64,000 bases of DNA from Perna viridis (taxonomy: Eukaryota), in contig CM074518.1 in assembly GCA_037379345.1 (NCBI GenBank), positions 7,316,001 to 7,380,000 on the forward strand, written 5' to 3'. Under the pieces are notes generated by a model that was not told the DNA's origin, made no database searches, and saw only the letters and a list, made by a program, of their open reading frames with translations. The position numbers and the translations under genes were made by a program. Positions 25,336 through 37,082 of this stretch are shown in pieces (positions within the stretch are counted from its first letter, which is position 1; each line of letters opens with the position of its first letter).

Positions 25336-26754
25336 ATTAATTTGATTTAATTGTTTTTTCTAAGAACCAAGGATTTTGAAATATAGTTTAAAGTTCTTTT
25401 TAGAAAAATTCTTCTTGCCTTGCAATAATATTGTGCAGATACATTTCGTTTCTGTAAATTCGATGGTATTGAGCACTGCTTTTGGAGTAATTTTGCATTA
25501 TCTACATGTATGAAGTCATTGCATGTTTTTTCGTCAAGTAGATTTTAAGGTTTGACAGCATTTTATATTCTTTATCATAGTTTATCGGGATATTTTTTTA
25601 CTACGTACATATTGTCAGTGCTAAATCCTACTCATTTAAGAAAATTTAATTTTCAAGTTTTAAATCTATTATGAAAACATTGAACATATAATTTTCAGTC
25701 ATACATATTTCAGTCTGTTTTCAAGTTTTGTTTATTTATCTTTATTATTTGATATGATTTTGAAATTTTATTTATACAGTCAATATTATTTTCTGAATAT
25801 TTTTAACACTCATTAGAAAATTCAATTGCCAAAATAAAAGGACAAGATTTTTGAAATCGAAAAGGGTCATCAAGTTGTCATCATTCCATACACTTGTTAC
25901 TTATTTCTCTATAATTTGGGGAAGATTGTAAAATAGATGAAATTTTATATGAACTGAAAAATATTTTTATCTGTATTACAATTTAAAAATAGTCCAAGCT
26001 TATCAGCTACGTAATTTTATAAGTGTTTGTTTGTTTGTTTATTTATTTTTAGTATAATGATATAATTCTTGTTAACTGCCATCTCCAGATTCGTGTCCCA
26101 GAATTTCGGAAATTCTAAAACATTAGCAGATGTTTTAGAATAAAATATTGTTTGAATAAAAGAATTATTTTCGAGAGTCTTTCTCGTGCACTAAAGCAAT
26201 TCAAAGTTTTCACTGTAAAAGATATTCCAATAAAGATCAACGACGAAATTAAAATTTAACGGAAAGATGCATTCGTCAGTTATTTAAAAATTTAGGCAGT
26301 AGGTATACTGCGAATATAATTTTTCCTTATTAACATTAACAACTTTACATAAATATAACAACTACACAAATTATTTGACCTTTCCTGAAACATGTAAGAA
26401 GGGAAATTTGATTTCACAGAAAATATACATTTCATCATTGCACTGAACCGATTCTCGAAAATAATTTAGTATTTAAAATTGAAAAATCGAACTAAAGTTA
26501 TGAATGAAACAATTGCATGATGATGTATCATCATGCAAAATTTAAATAAATAATTACACAATAATAAACAAATATTCATGAGCGTTAAAATCGACAATTA
26601 ATACATTTTTATGAAAGACTTACAGACATTTTAATGAAGAATTTAATTATTATCGACCAACATTGAATTATTAAATCCGAAAATCTATTCAATATTCCAT
26701 AATAATCTTCAGTTTGGTTAAAAATGCATTAAAGAAATGAAAATGTCGCTTCTC

Positions 26755-27075
26755 TATCCGATTGGCTGATTTGAAATTCAATTATCTCATTATAGCAGCA
26801 GAAACCAATCTGGATCTGCATATATTCCGCAAAAGTACCCAATTGGATGTAATATAGTTTAATAATTCAATCCAATAGTTATATTATATTTATAATTTCA
26901 TCTATGCATTAATCATTTCTACCGATTTTAATCTTTCTGATTGCTCAAGCTTAACATTGTCAGAGAACTAGTTGATGATTGGGGGAAATGTATGTAGCTC
27001 CGCCTACTTTTCATGATTTAATAAACATGTGAATTCATGGCTAAAAAGAACTTCTGGATTGAGGTGCCAGTTTCA
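26755..27075 (+). promoter_or_regulatory. Candidate distal Pax6 promoter (CCAAT cluster plus GC box)
   Basis: ATTGG 26761, CCAAT 26805, CCAATTGG 26839, CCAAT 26872, ATTGG 26978, GC-box-like ctccgccta 26998-27006; followed by a consensus splice donor at 27489. Confidence 0.6.
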
Positions 27076-27488
27076 AATCAGGCGTTATAACGTATCAAAG
27101 TGGTGGAAAAAGCAATCGTCCCTAAAATATTTGGAAGAATCACTGTAGATTTATAAAACTTTGCTGCAGAAACTTTATTTATCATAAACAGTACGTTTCC
27201 AACCGACACAAACTAGGAATTTATTACATAAAGTTATAAGTTTAACTTTCGCTTTGATTTTGGACTTTTACATACCGACAGAGACATCCATTTCTAATAT
27301 GTTTCTCAAGAGATAATTGCACGTGTGTTTACTGTCCAGAGGAATTGACGGAGCAAGTTGTCATCACTCAGTCGTGAAAAATCAAATAATTTATCTTCAT
27401 CGGAGGGACAAAATTTTGAACTGATGCGTGAACTACACATCCACAGAGGCTGCTAGATAATTGAATCAAAAATTTTCAAAACTTTCAG
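27060..27488 (+). other. Pax6: Candidate Pax6 non-coding first exon 1a (start approximate)
   Basis: Ends at a perfect donor CAG|GTAAGT downstream of the CCAAT cluster; only short uORFs. Confidence 0.55.
27418..27432 (-). promoter_or_regulatory. Pax6 paired-domain binding site, perfect core match
   Basis: Minus strand reads TTCACGCATCAGTTC, matching TTCACGCWTSANTKM at all 15 positions. Confidence 0.7.
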
Positions 27489-30400
27489 GTAAGTCATTTG
27501 AAATAATTGTTTAAATTTTCGGAAAATGGCACCCTCCCCTTTTGTGCATGATTTTTTTTTCTCTTGTGCATCTACAAAATGTTTTGTTCATTTTTAGAAT
27601 AAACTTTGGGTTGTTTATTCAGGCACACAAGTCTGGATTGAATCACGGGTCATTATGTTAGCTTTCTTTCCTTGCATAACTGCAATACATTTTCTAAATT
27701 ATTTTTAACATATTTTTTACATTTCCTAGGGCTGAAATTGTACTTAGATTGAGTTGTCGTTTTAAAAAGACACTCTGATGGTCATACCAGTTAAAGACTT
27801 ACAAAAAATTCGATGACCTCTAGCTGCCTTAGCCTTTGTCAAGGATGATTTTATGATTTACGAATTGAAGAAGTTTTATACAAAATGCATGTTTTTGGGA
27901 AACCTTAAGGCAACCGCATAAAACAGTTGGAAAGCATACAAGCTAGTTCATAGTATACATAGATTTACTGCGATATTTTATCCGAATGCAAAAAAAAATA
28001 CATACAAAGCAAGTTGTTCAAATCGACTATTAAATATCAATCTCTCAATTGATCCATAGAAATAATGCTATATACATGTGATTTAAAATTGGATAACCAT
28101 AAGTTTTCGAATATAAGATTTCGCAAAATGTTTGTTTCCAATGCGAAAACGTGCATGTTAAATGAAAAAAAAACTCGTCCCGCTCGTGAATAAAAAGCTT
28201 AATTGCAATTTAATTCAACCAAATTTAACCATTAAATTCCAATCCATTGTAATAAATTTTGTATTTTCACATATAAATCTCTGAAGAAAAGTTAAAAAGA
28301 AAATCTAGTTATTAACATAACAAGGGTAGGCCATGAAACCGTCATGGCGCCGTGTGTATTGGGTCCTAAATCCCGCTATATAATGCGTATTAATAATATT
28401 TTACCTAAAGCCATATTTCAATGTATAACGTTGATAAAAATTTTGCTTGTTTTTATTTTATTACATTGCATGAAATTTACCAGGCATAAAATTGACAGTT
28501 GTCATTTACCGAACACACGATGCTCTTTCCAGATAAAACGGATTATCTCCCCTAAAGGAAAATATTAAAACTTTATCAGAAATGTATTCAAAGTAAACGG
28601 GATTAATCTGAAGATGATCATATACATATATACAAGGAAAATGATCTAGGAGCAGTGTCTTACGGCTTAAGTTTTCTGGTTTGATCCGTGTAATGGCTGG
28701 CTATTTCACATATCTAATTGTCCCTTTATTTTCTTTTGCTCTTTCTTGTATTTGCACATTTATCATTATCAAAACTAATATTGCAAAAGAAATATTGTAT
28801 TTTTATTATTTAATTTCTATCATAATTTGTAGGAAATTCATGTTTTACAAGCCGAACAAATGTATAGAAAATTATTCATGTAATTACAACATATATTTTT
28901 TTCAAACCAAGTTTAAAAAAGAGATGTAATTTTACGTTCTTCACAAGAACAAATTTGAAGGATTTGTAAGTTGAATTTTTCCAACATCCAACATTCATTT
29001 GTGTTTGTCTATTACATAAAAAAATAAAAGCTGATATGTAATATTTTACTAAAATATGTTCAACAAATTTAATAATAACTTCTCAATGATTCTTTGCGTT
29101 TTTATAAAGAAATAATAAATCTCATAAAATTTTGATTACATGTGAAAGTCACCACTTGAGTTGGCCTTCAACACTTATCTCTTAATACTATTGTATTACC
29201 TTTTAATAAATTCCCTTTTGTATTTACACAAAATCTTTAGAGATTAAGGGCTAACTGTTCACTTAATTATCAAGTAAATTTGATAGAATTACCAGGTAAA
29301 ATTCCTTAATCGCAAAATGGAGTTCATTTCCTTTTTTAAGGATGATGCCGCAGGAATCTTGAAGAATCTTGAATAACATTAGAAGATAACAATACCATAA
29401 TTTTATTCGGCGTTTTTCTTTCTTATGAATGAAAAAAATATTTTGCGATCAGTGAAATAAAAACTTCAAATGTGTTAAACTCATTCTGTTTTTAAAGTTA
29501 AATAAAGATAAATACACATGTAAATTTTAGATTTTTATTCGTTACAAAAAAGTCAACAAACGCCTACATATACTATTATAATGATATTTTCTATAAAATT
29601 GTATGTATATGAGTCACGCTGGATTGACATCTGTCGTTTTCAATGAAATGATGATTTCCTTATGAAAACATGAGACAATATTAACAAGAAATTTAACAGG
29701 AACTACATTTTGTAGTATGTAACTTCAAAAAGAATTTTCCAATAACACTTCAAATAATCAATATATAAGAGGTGTCGTAAATATAGCCGCTTGTGCTTGA
29801 AATGTAATTACTTTTGTTATAGAAAAGCAGTTGCTATAAGTTTACTTCGTTAAATATTAGAATTTTGGCTCAAGAATAATAATCAAAATAACAAAAAAAA
29901 AATGTTTGACCATTTTTTTTTACCACTAACTATTCAAATTTCCCCAAAATGAGTTGTCGCCCCTTACATACATATATATGTCATATTCCCGCTAAATAAA
30001 TCTCTAGGTCCAAATTTCTGATGGTTTTTTTTAGAATAAACAGTATATATTCAAAAATATCATAGCAATTATAGTGCATATGAACAATAATGAGATAGAA
30101 AAAAAAAAAACAATTTCTGTATGAAGAGTTATGTAGTAAAATAGTGTGGAGTAGGAGTCCTCGTATTGATAGTATGTAAGATATTTGTCTGTAGCTCTTG
30201 GCTGTGTTTTTAAAGATCTGTTACTTGACACCTCGTACCTGTCAGCGAATCACGGACAGTGGCCAGATATTCATACTTAATTAATATCACAAAACCACAT
30301 TCATTTGTTAACTTAATAGACTTAGATATTTTGGACTGATATCTTGTCCATGTTGCGTCATTGTGATTATTTAGGCCTTTGGGTTATTTGTTGTATCTCA

Positions 30401-33299
30401 CAGATTAACGATGTACCGAGAAGATGATTATAATTGTGGCAAGAACTTAAAACCAATCTGATGTTTGCTGTGTATCTGCTACTAATTACTGCTGTAACAT
30501 GGATTAGGAAGGCCAAGAATGATCGATGGCATGTGCTGTCACAATGACAACAGACATTCCACAATTTTTTTCGTCATCACTAAGTTACAAATGCTTAACT
30601 TCGCCATTAAAGCCGTTTTAACCACTTATTGTTCAGTAAAAAAGTTTACATGTTTATGTAATCTGTGGAAATTCTCGAAATTTATTATTGAATGTAGCAA
30701 AAAAAAACAGAATTTTTATTAATCAACAGTTTGTAGAAATCCTAGCTGAATCATCTATAGCTACTTAAGGTCTTCGACGAAGAGAGCACACAACGGCGAC
30801 CCTTTGTACTAAATAAAAAAGAATAAAATGTGATTAGGAATAAAACACCCCTAATAGAATCATTGACTTTATATCCGGCCTCCTACTATAAACCCACTGC
30901 TTATAAACACGCCGAACTATTCCATAAAAGATGACTTTTTCTTAATTGTGGTTGTTCCCGCTGAGCTTGTTTTGTTGGCAAAATATAAGGATATTTTCTT
31001 TTGAATGTAAATATTAGAGGGCTATGATCCTTGCCATATAATTATTTGATGATAAGAGACTCTCTACAAGAGCAACAGCAACTTTTAAAAACAGCTTGTC
31101 TAACCAATTAAAATGCCTTAAAACTTTCAACAGTGCATTTCATTTTTGTCAAAGAGGCCGCATTCAATACAAACTTTGCACGATATCTGTTTATTTATAA
31201 CGAAATGACCAACAATGCACATTGCAAAAATTCTTAACACAGCATAACCTCTTTAAAAGCGGTCACATTACAAACTAAAAATGAAACGGTCTCTATTATC
31301 AAGCTGAAAAAAAAACTTATTTTCTCAATTTCTAAAAATTTTCTCCAAACTTTTAGCAATTTTTTTCTGGTATAAGAATAGAAATGCTCATGTTTCTTGC
31401 TCGATATTTTACCTTAACACAAAAAATACCATTGATATAATATATTAAAATCGTTTTTGTCTAGTTTTCCAACGGTGCTTGTTGTGGAATTTGATTTGAT
31501 CTGAGTTTTATAATTTAAAAAAAGTATCTTTGAAATAATTAACTCTCTTCAAAATTTCATTGAAACTTGTGAAAAAAGTGCTACAACCGCATCAAACATC
31601 CATATCCCTGCAACACACGGCATGGCGGTGATACTTCTGTCACGTAACATACGACATTACCTCTATTACTTATTGCCCCATTAACACTTCATACTTTAGT
31701 TTACATTATTAGAATTATTGAATGTAAAATACTACTTGGGCAATCTAGAAAGACGGAGAATATATATATTGACCAATATTATACAGTAGAAGGAGCTGGC
31801 TTATTCACCTTCAAATTTACTTATAACGCCTAACAGGCTATCACTCCATCAAAGATAACATTACTTCATAATAGGAGCTTACGGTTGATGTTCCCTGACC
31901 ACGGGCTCTGTTAGTTTTTGTCATAAATGACCTTGCCTATATAATTAACCAACCAAAGTATTCAGGACTTGCTATGGACTTGGACCGAGACGTGTCATGC
32001 TCTTTACCTTGGGTTATTTATATTTTGTAACACTTGGCATCACCCTCAGCCAAAAGCCGTGTATCTAAATATTTTTTCTGAATCGTGCAAAAACACGTAC
32101 GAAAGCGTGTTTCCTACAGCGGAAATGTTTGCACTTCTGTGAACATTGTTGTAAAAACATTGTCTTCGTTAAAGCATCTAGATCTATGGGTTATACGTCT
32201 ATTGTCGAAATAATCACTATTTGACGGTTTCAAAGCGTGGTGGTTTTTTGGTAGCACACAATGAAGAGATGCGATTATTTGGTACCATTTACATTGCATT
32301 GTTCTGAATTTTTAGGTATTAGTTATCAAACTCTGAACATGATGGTTTGATTCTATTTCAAGTAGCCATGTCTCTTCTCAGAAAAAAACTTTCAATTTTA
32401 AAACTGTAAATAGAAACACTTTAAAAAAAAAAACTGTTTGACGAAGTCATGCAAAGGTTGTCAAATTCAATAATAGTCTGGCCACCCGAGTTGCTAAATG
32501 GTTATTGTATAAAGTATATAATTTGTTTCCGCTTTCCAAAAATATACAATAAAATTGTTTTCGAAAGAAATTTACACAGCATCATCTGAAACCCACATCT
32601 GTTGTAAATATATGTTTTAAAGCATGAGACAATGTGACACAGATCTACCCTTAGATTCCTATTCTTTTAAGGTCTTTTCAACTCTTGTAAGAAGCTTAGA
32701 AGCATTGTGAAACTCTAAGCTTGACAAAGAATGTGAGTCCCGAACCTTTTTGTTGTTTAAAACCCGATGAATATCACCAAGGTCGTTACTTGTCCTTCCG
32801 CTTTTATGGTAGCTCGTGTTTATTCGCTGCATTTTTAATTCGTTGCTTTAGAGAAATATTTATACTCATTTTTGCTCCCAAAACCTAATCATCTGTAAAA
32901 ATGTCAGAAATGTGAGTTTGCGTTGTCATAAAGCCAAATTTGTCGATTTATAACTCTTAGTTAGAAGTCCGAAAATTGACAACATCCATTAAAAATACAA
33001 TATCTTAATTTATGTGTAAAGAAAAGAAACCTTATCTCAAATATCACGGAAATACAAACAGCAAGTGTCAATTTCAACTATTGCAACGAACATTGCTTTA
33101 ATTCTTTTCGTTTCTATTGTGACTTGATTGTAACCCAGTATTTAGAGCTACATTTTAACTGCATATATATTTCATTTCACAATCGCATGCTTTATGATCT
33201 GATTTATTTATTCTCTATTAAAATAATACAGTAATTCAGCTGAAAAATGTAGAATTGTGTTGATTCATGGGAGAAATAGAGGGTTGGTCTTTGACGGAT

Positions 33300-33385
33300 C
33301 AAAAACATGATTGATGGATTCGGTCGGTTTGTCGTGGCTAAGCCAATAGGATTCAAGTCTCTTTATACTTAACTTCAGTTCTAAC
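33300..33385 (+). promoter_or_regulatory. Candidate proximal Pax6 promoter
   Basis: TGATTGATGG 33308-33317, AGCCAATAGG (CCAAT 33343-33347), Inr-like TCAGTT 33375-33380. Confidence 0.5.
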
Positions 33386-33842
33386 TATGGGTATTATTGT
33401 GTGTGAAGTCGCAAGGCCTTCGTTTTCTGCTCCGTTAGTTGTTCGACAGCGTTATGAATTAATTGGATTCATTTAAGCATAAGGATAATCTTGAACGTCA
33501 TTGTTTTTGAGGGGTCACTGTTCCGAAGGACAAGGCATGTAGTTCGATTGTCCGGAACTACTACGGTCATTGGGTGCCGGTGGAATTACCAGAATGGACT
33601 CTGTAAGGACTGTTTGAATTGTGTTTGGACTTTTTACGACCTAAATTCATTTTACATGTAACCGTGTACACATTTATAAACAAAAATATTGCAACACTGG
33701 TGCATTTTAAACGTTTAACGGTTGAGTTCATGTAAATAATGTGTGTGACTTACTCTTGTGTGTGGTCATGGTCTTCTCTGTAAACAAGCTGGAATACCTC
33801 ATGTTAAAACTTTGACATATTGTGATTATATATCTAATAAAG
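33377..33842 (+). other. Pax6: Candidate Pax6 non-coding first exon 1b (start approximate)
   Basis: Relatively GC-richer segment ending at donor AAG|GTGAGA, 423 nt before the strong acceptor of the ATG exon; no ATG in the Pax6 frame near the donor. Confidence 0.5.
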
Positions 33843-34301
33843 GTGAGATAATTTATGCGACAACTATTTGTCATTTTTTTCATAAAATAGCGACTTAGTA
33901 TTCATTTTTGGACATTTATAGTGTCTTCATTCACTTTTACCCATAAAAGTATCGGAAGTCAAATGTCTAAATTAAATGTGGTTTATTTTTTTTTCTGGTC
34001 TATTATGTTTTTTTTTTTTTTTTTTTTTGCTCTGTTTTTATTTATTTATATTAAACACGCATTTATTTTAATCATTTTAAAAGAATTTAAAAAAAAGAAC
34101 AAAATTTATTTTGTTCCCAACTAAGCTGCAGTTGCATTAATTTATTATTTACTCATTTTTCTTTTGGCATTTTTGTGTGTTTGGTTCTATTTTTTCATTT
34201 TAAGTCGTAATCTATTTTCTTTATTTACCTAAAACTGCTAAGCAAAATATTTTTCTTCTTTTCAGAATTTCATCGTAAAAAATATTTTTTAATAAGTTTC
34301 T

Positions 34302-34353
34302 ATGACAACAACGATAGAAGATAACTCAAATTCTAGTGCAATGCCAACAAAAG
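34302..34353 (+). CDS. Pax6: Pax6 coding exon 1 (exon 34266-34353; start codon): MTTTIEDNSNSSAMPTK
   Basis: Long pyrimidine tract plus CAG acceptor (34263-34265), in-frame TAA TAA before ATG 34302, second ATG 34341, phase-1 donor AAG|GTAAGT compatible with downstream exons. Confidence 0.8.
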
Positions 34354-36998
34354 GTAAGTAGATTTATGTTTAGCAGTAGAACTACAAGGTAATGTGGTGG
34401 TTTGTAATTATATTTTCCATTGCCAGTACTACTTATTAAATTTTAATGAATGTCAAAATATAAAAGCCATTTTTTAACAATATATTATTAATTTTGCATT
34501 CAATAAAAATATATCAATTTAAAAAAGAACAGTCTTGTCTTTCTCCGTCTTAAAGTATTTTTACTTTTGCGGATTTATGTACTAATTTCAAAATGCGGCA
34601 TGCAATACAGAAAATTCCTGACCGAAAAATACATCCGATTTAAAATTGTTAAAAATTGTTGAATTAACATCAAGAAATACAAATATGTTGACTTATTACC
34701 AATCGTAGATTATGACAACCCGTTTCAACAATTATATTACCATCATGAATACAGAGTAAGCGTTAATTTTGCTTTAGTTTGGCATTCTATCCCATTTTAT
34801 TGGAACCCAATAATAAATCTCAGACAACAATGTTTACCATCAAAGAAAAATCGTTGTCCAATATTCAGAAAATACTGTCGACAATTTAGCATTTAGACAC
34901 TAACTGACATAAGATAAGGTCAGGCTATTGCCTCTTGACGGAAAGGATTTACTTGGATTTTCCTTCGGAATGTATCTACAATCTCCACTAAATCTCAGTA
35001 ATTATTCTTGGATTGTTGTTGGTTTCTTGTGTTATCATAACAATCTACGACGGTTTCTGAAAAAGTCAAAATGTCCCACTTAAGTCAATAAATTAAGGTT
35101 ATGAAAAATCGTGTTGACATGTTTTAAGAAGAATAATGACCAACAGATATGCATTGATTCTTTGTAATTCAGGAAGGCTGATAAAAATGCTAAATTTGAA
35201 ATTTGGTGCTTTCAAATTCTAGTCACGCCGGAAATCTAGATTTTATTCAATCACACTTCATTATTGTTGATTCAAAACTTTCTTAAAAGCAAACCTTCAG
35301 CTAGAATTTGGTCAAGCTTAACTTAAAAAAAAACATGAATTCCATTTAGTTGACAAAATATATTGTACTAGAAAATTCCGAAAATGTGACAAAGATATTT
35401 TTTTATCTTAATCAATATTTTGTGTCTAAAGTGGACTAAGTGCCTTTCTAAACTTACTGTCTATATATCACGGTGTCTGTTGAACAAGATAAATGGACAT
35501 GCATGTCAATTTAGTATGAAGCTGCTATAAAGAAACAAAAACAGAAAAAGGATGTGTACTTGAATATTTCATTTGAAACATAATTTTTCATGAAAAATAA
35601 TTTTACGTCAGTTTTAAATGGAAAAGACATTTTCAACATGACATTTTGACAGCCACTTTGAAACAAACGGCTTTTCTACAAAGCATTCTTTAAACAAGAT
35701 CTTTTGTAAAGGAGTCCAAAAAGATGATGTATATTTCTTGCTTTATGACAACTCAAAACGTTTTAGTGACCTTAGGTCATTTCATAGCGAAGCTTTTCCG
35801 TTCGGAACAAAGCTATTACACTAACTAGGATTGTCAAGAGGAGAGTAATTAATGCGATAAGCATAATGGTCTTGAGAGACAAAATTAATATTTGTTATTT
35901 AGTGTCAAAATAAAGCATAACTTGTCTTTAATTGTTTAGTATACAAGGTTTTTAACTGCACCAGAAACAAGTTCTTCTTATGTTATATTTCATTGCATGT
36001 TGCGGTTGCAGTTGAAGAGGTTCGTCCATATTTCTTTATTTAAAATATATATATTGGGTAACCTTACATATTTGTAGCATTAGTTTTCATGTTAAAATTA
36101 ATTATTTCATATCTGTTTGCAAGATTTCATGTTGCGTTACTATTTTAATTACACCGTGCATAGACAATATTTCAATATATTAATCTTCTCTTTTGTTATG
36201 TCGATTTACTATTTGAAGAAAAATTGATAAAACTAAAACAAAGTACAATAGCGTGGGACTGTTACTCAATAAACAAAAGACACGATCGATAACTCGAACT
36301 ACCTCGGGTAAACCTATGCAACCAGTTAACTTTATCTTCGCTGTAGGGTGCTTAGATTTGCCCAAATCCTAAAATGAGAGAATGTAGATACATGGATACA
36401 TAAACAATAACCTTCCATTATTTTCCTTCGAGTTAGTAACTGATACTTATGAAGCATGTACTACATCCCTATTTATTGCTTTTTGTAGTAAAACATTTAA
36501 AATCGCTGAATCATTTAGCTACTACGTTTTTTTACAACTTGCACAACTGATGAAAGATAAGAGGTTCAGTTTGTAAATGGTGCTGTTTTAATTGTTTCTA
36601 TATATACGCATAATACAAGGTCGATTAAAATTGCACTTAAGCATGCTTAAGTGGCATAAATGGTTCACATTTCCTGGGAAAATGCGATAATCCACCTGTA
36701 ATTCATTCACGATCATAAAATAAATGAAATTTCTAGAGTCCCTGTGTTTTTCTGTTTGCTGCTTTAAAAAAAAACATTGTAAGAGTTGGTAGATATATAT
36801 TTATTCAGGAGTTAATTGTGATATGTGACTGTGGCAATGAATTGTGATATATGTGACTGTGATGGTGAATTGTAATAGATATGACTGTGGTTGTGATCAT
36901 TTGGATACAGTTACCACTTAAATATTTATGGGGTTAATATGTGTGGAAATAAAAAAAACTTTGGCTTGTTTTCTTTATTTCTTACTTTTATTTTTCAG

Positions 36999-37082
36999 AC
37001 GAGGATTCGAGCGGAAATTCTGTTGGAAGCCCTGATAATTCTGGTAGCGTGAATGGCAATAAGAAACCTCGGACGAAGAGGG
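36999..37082 (+). CDS. Pax6: Pax6 coding exon 2 (84 nt, phase 1-1): DEDSSGNSVGSPDNSGSVNGNKKPRTKR
   Basis: Strong pyrimidine tract plus CAG, donor GGG|GTGAGT, open in frame, GC-richer than flanks. Confidence 0.8.
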
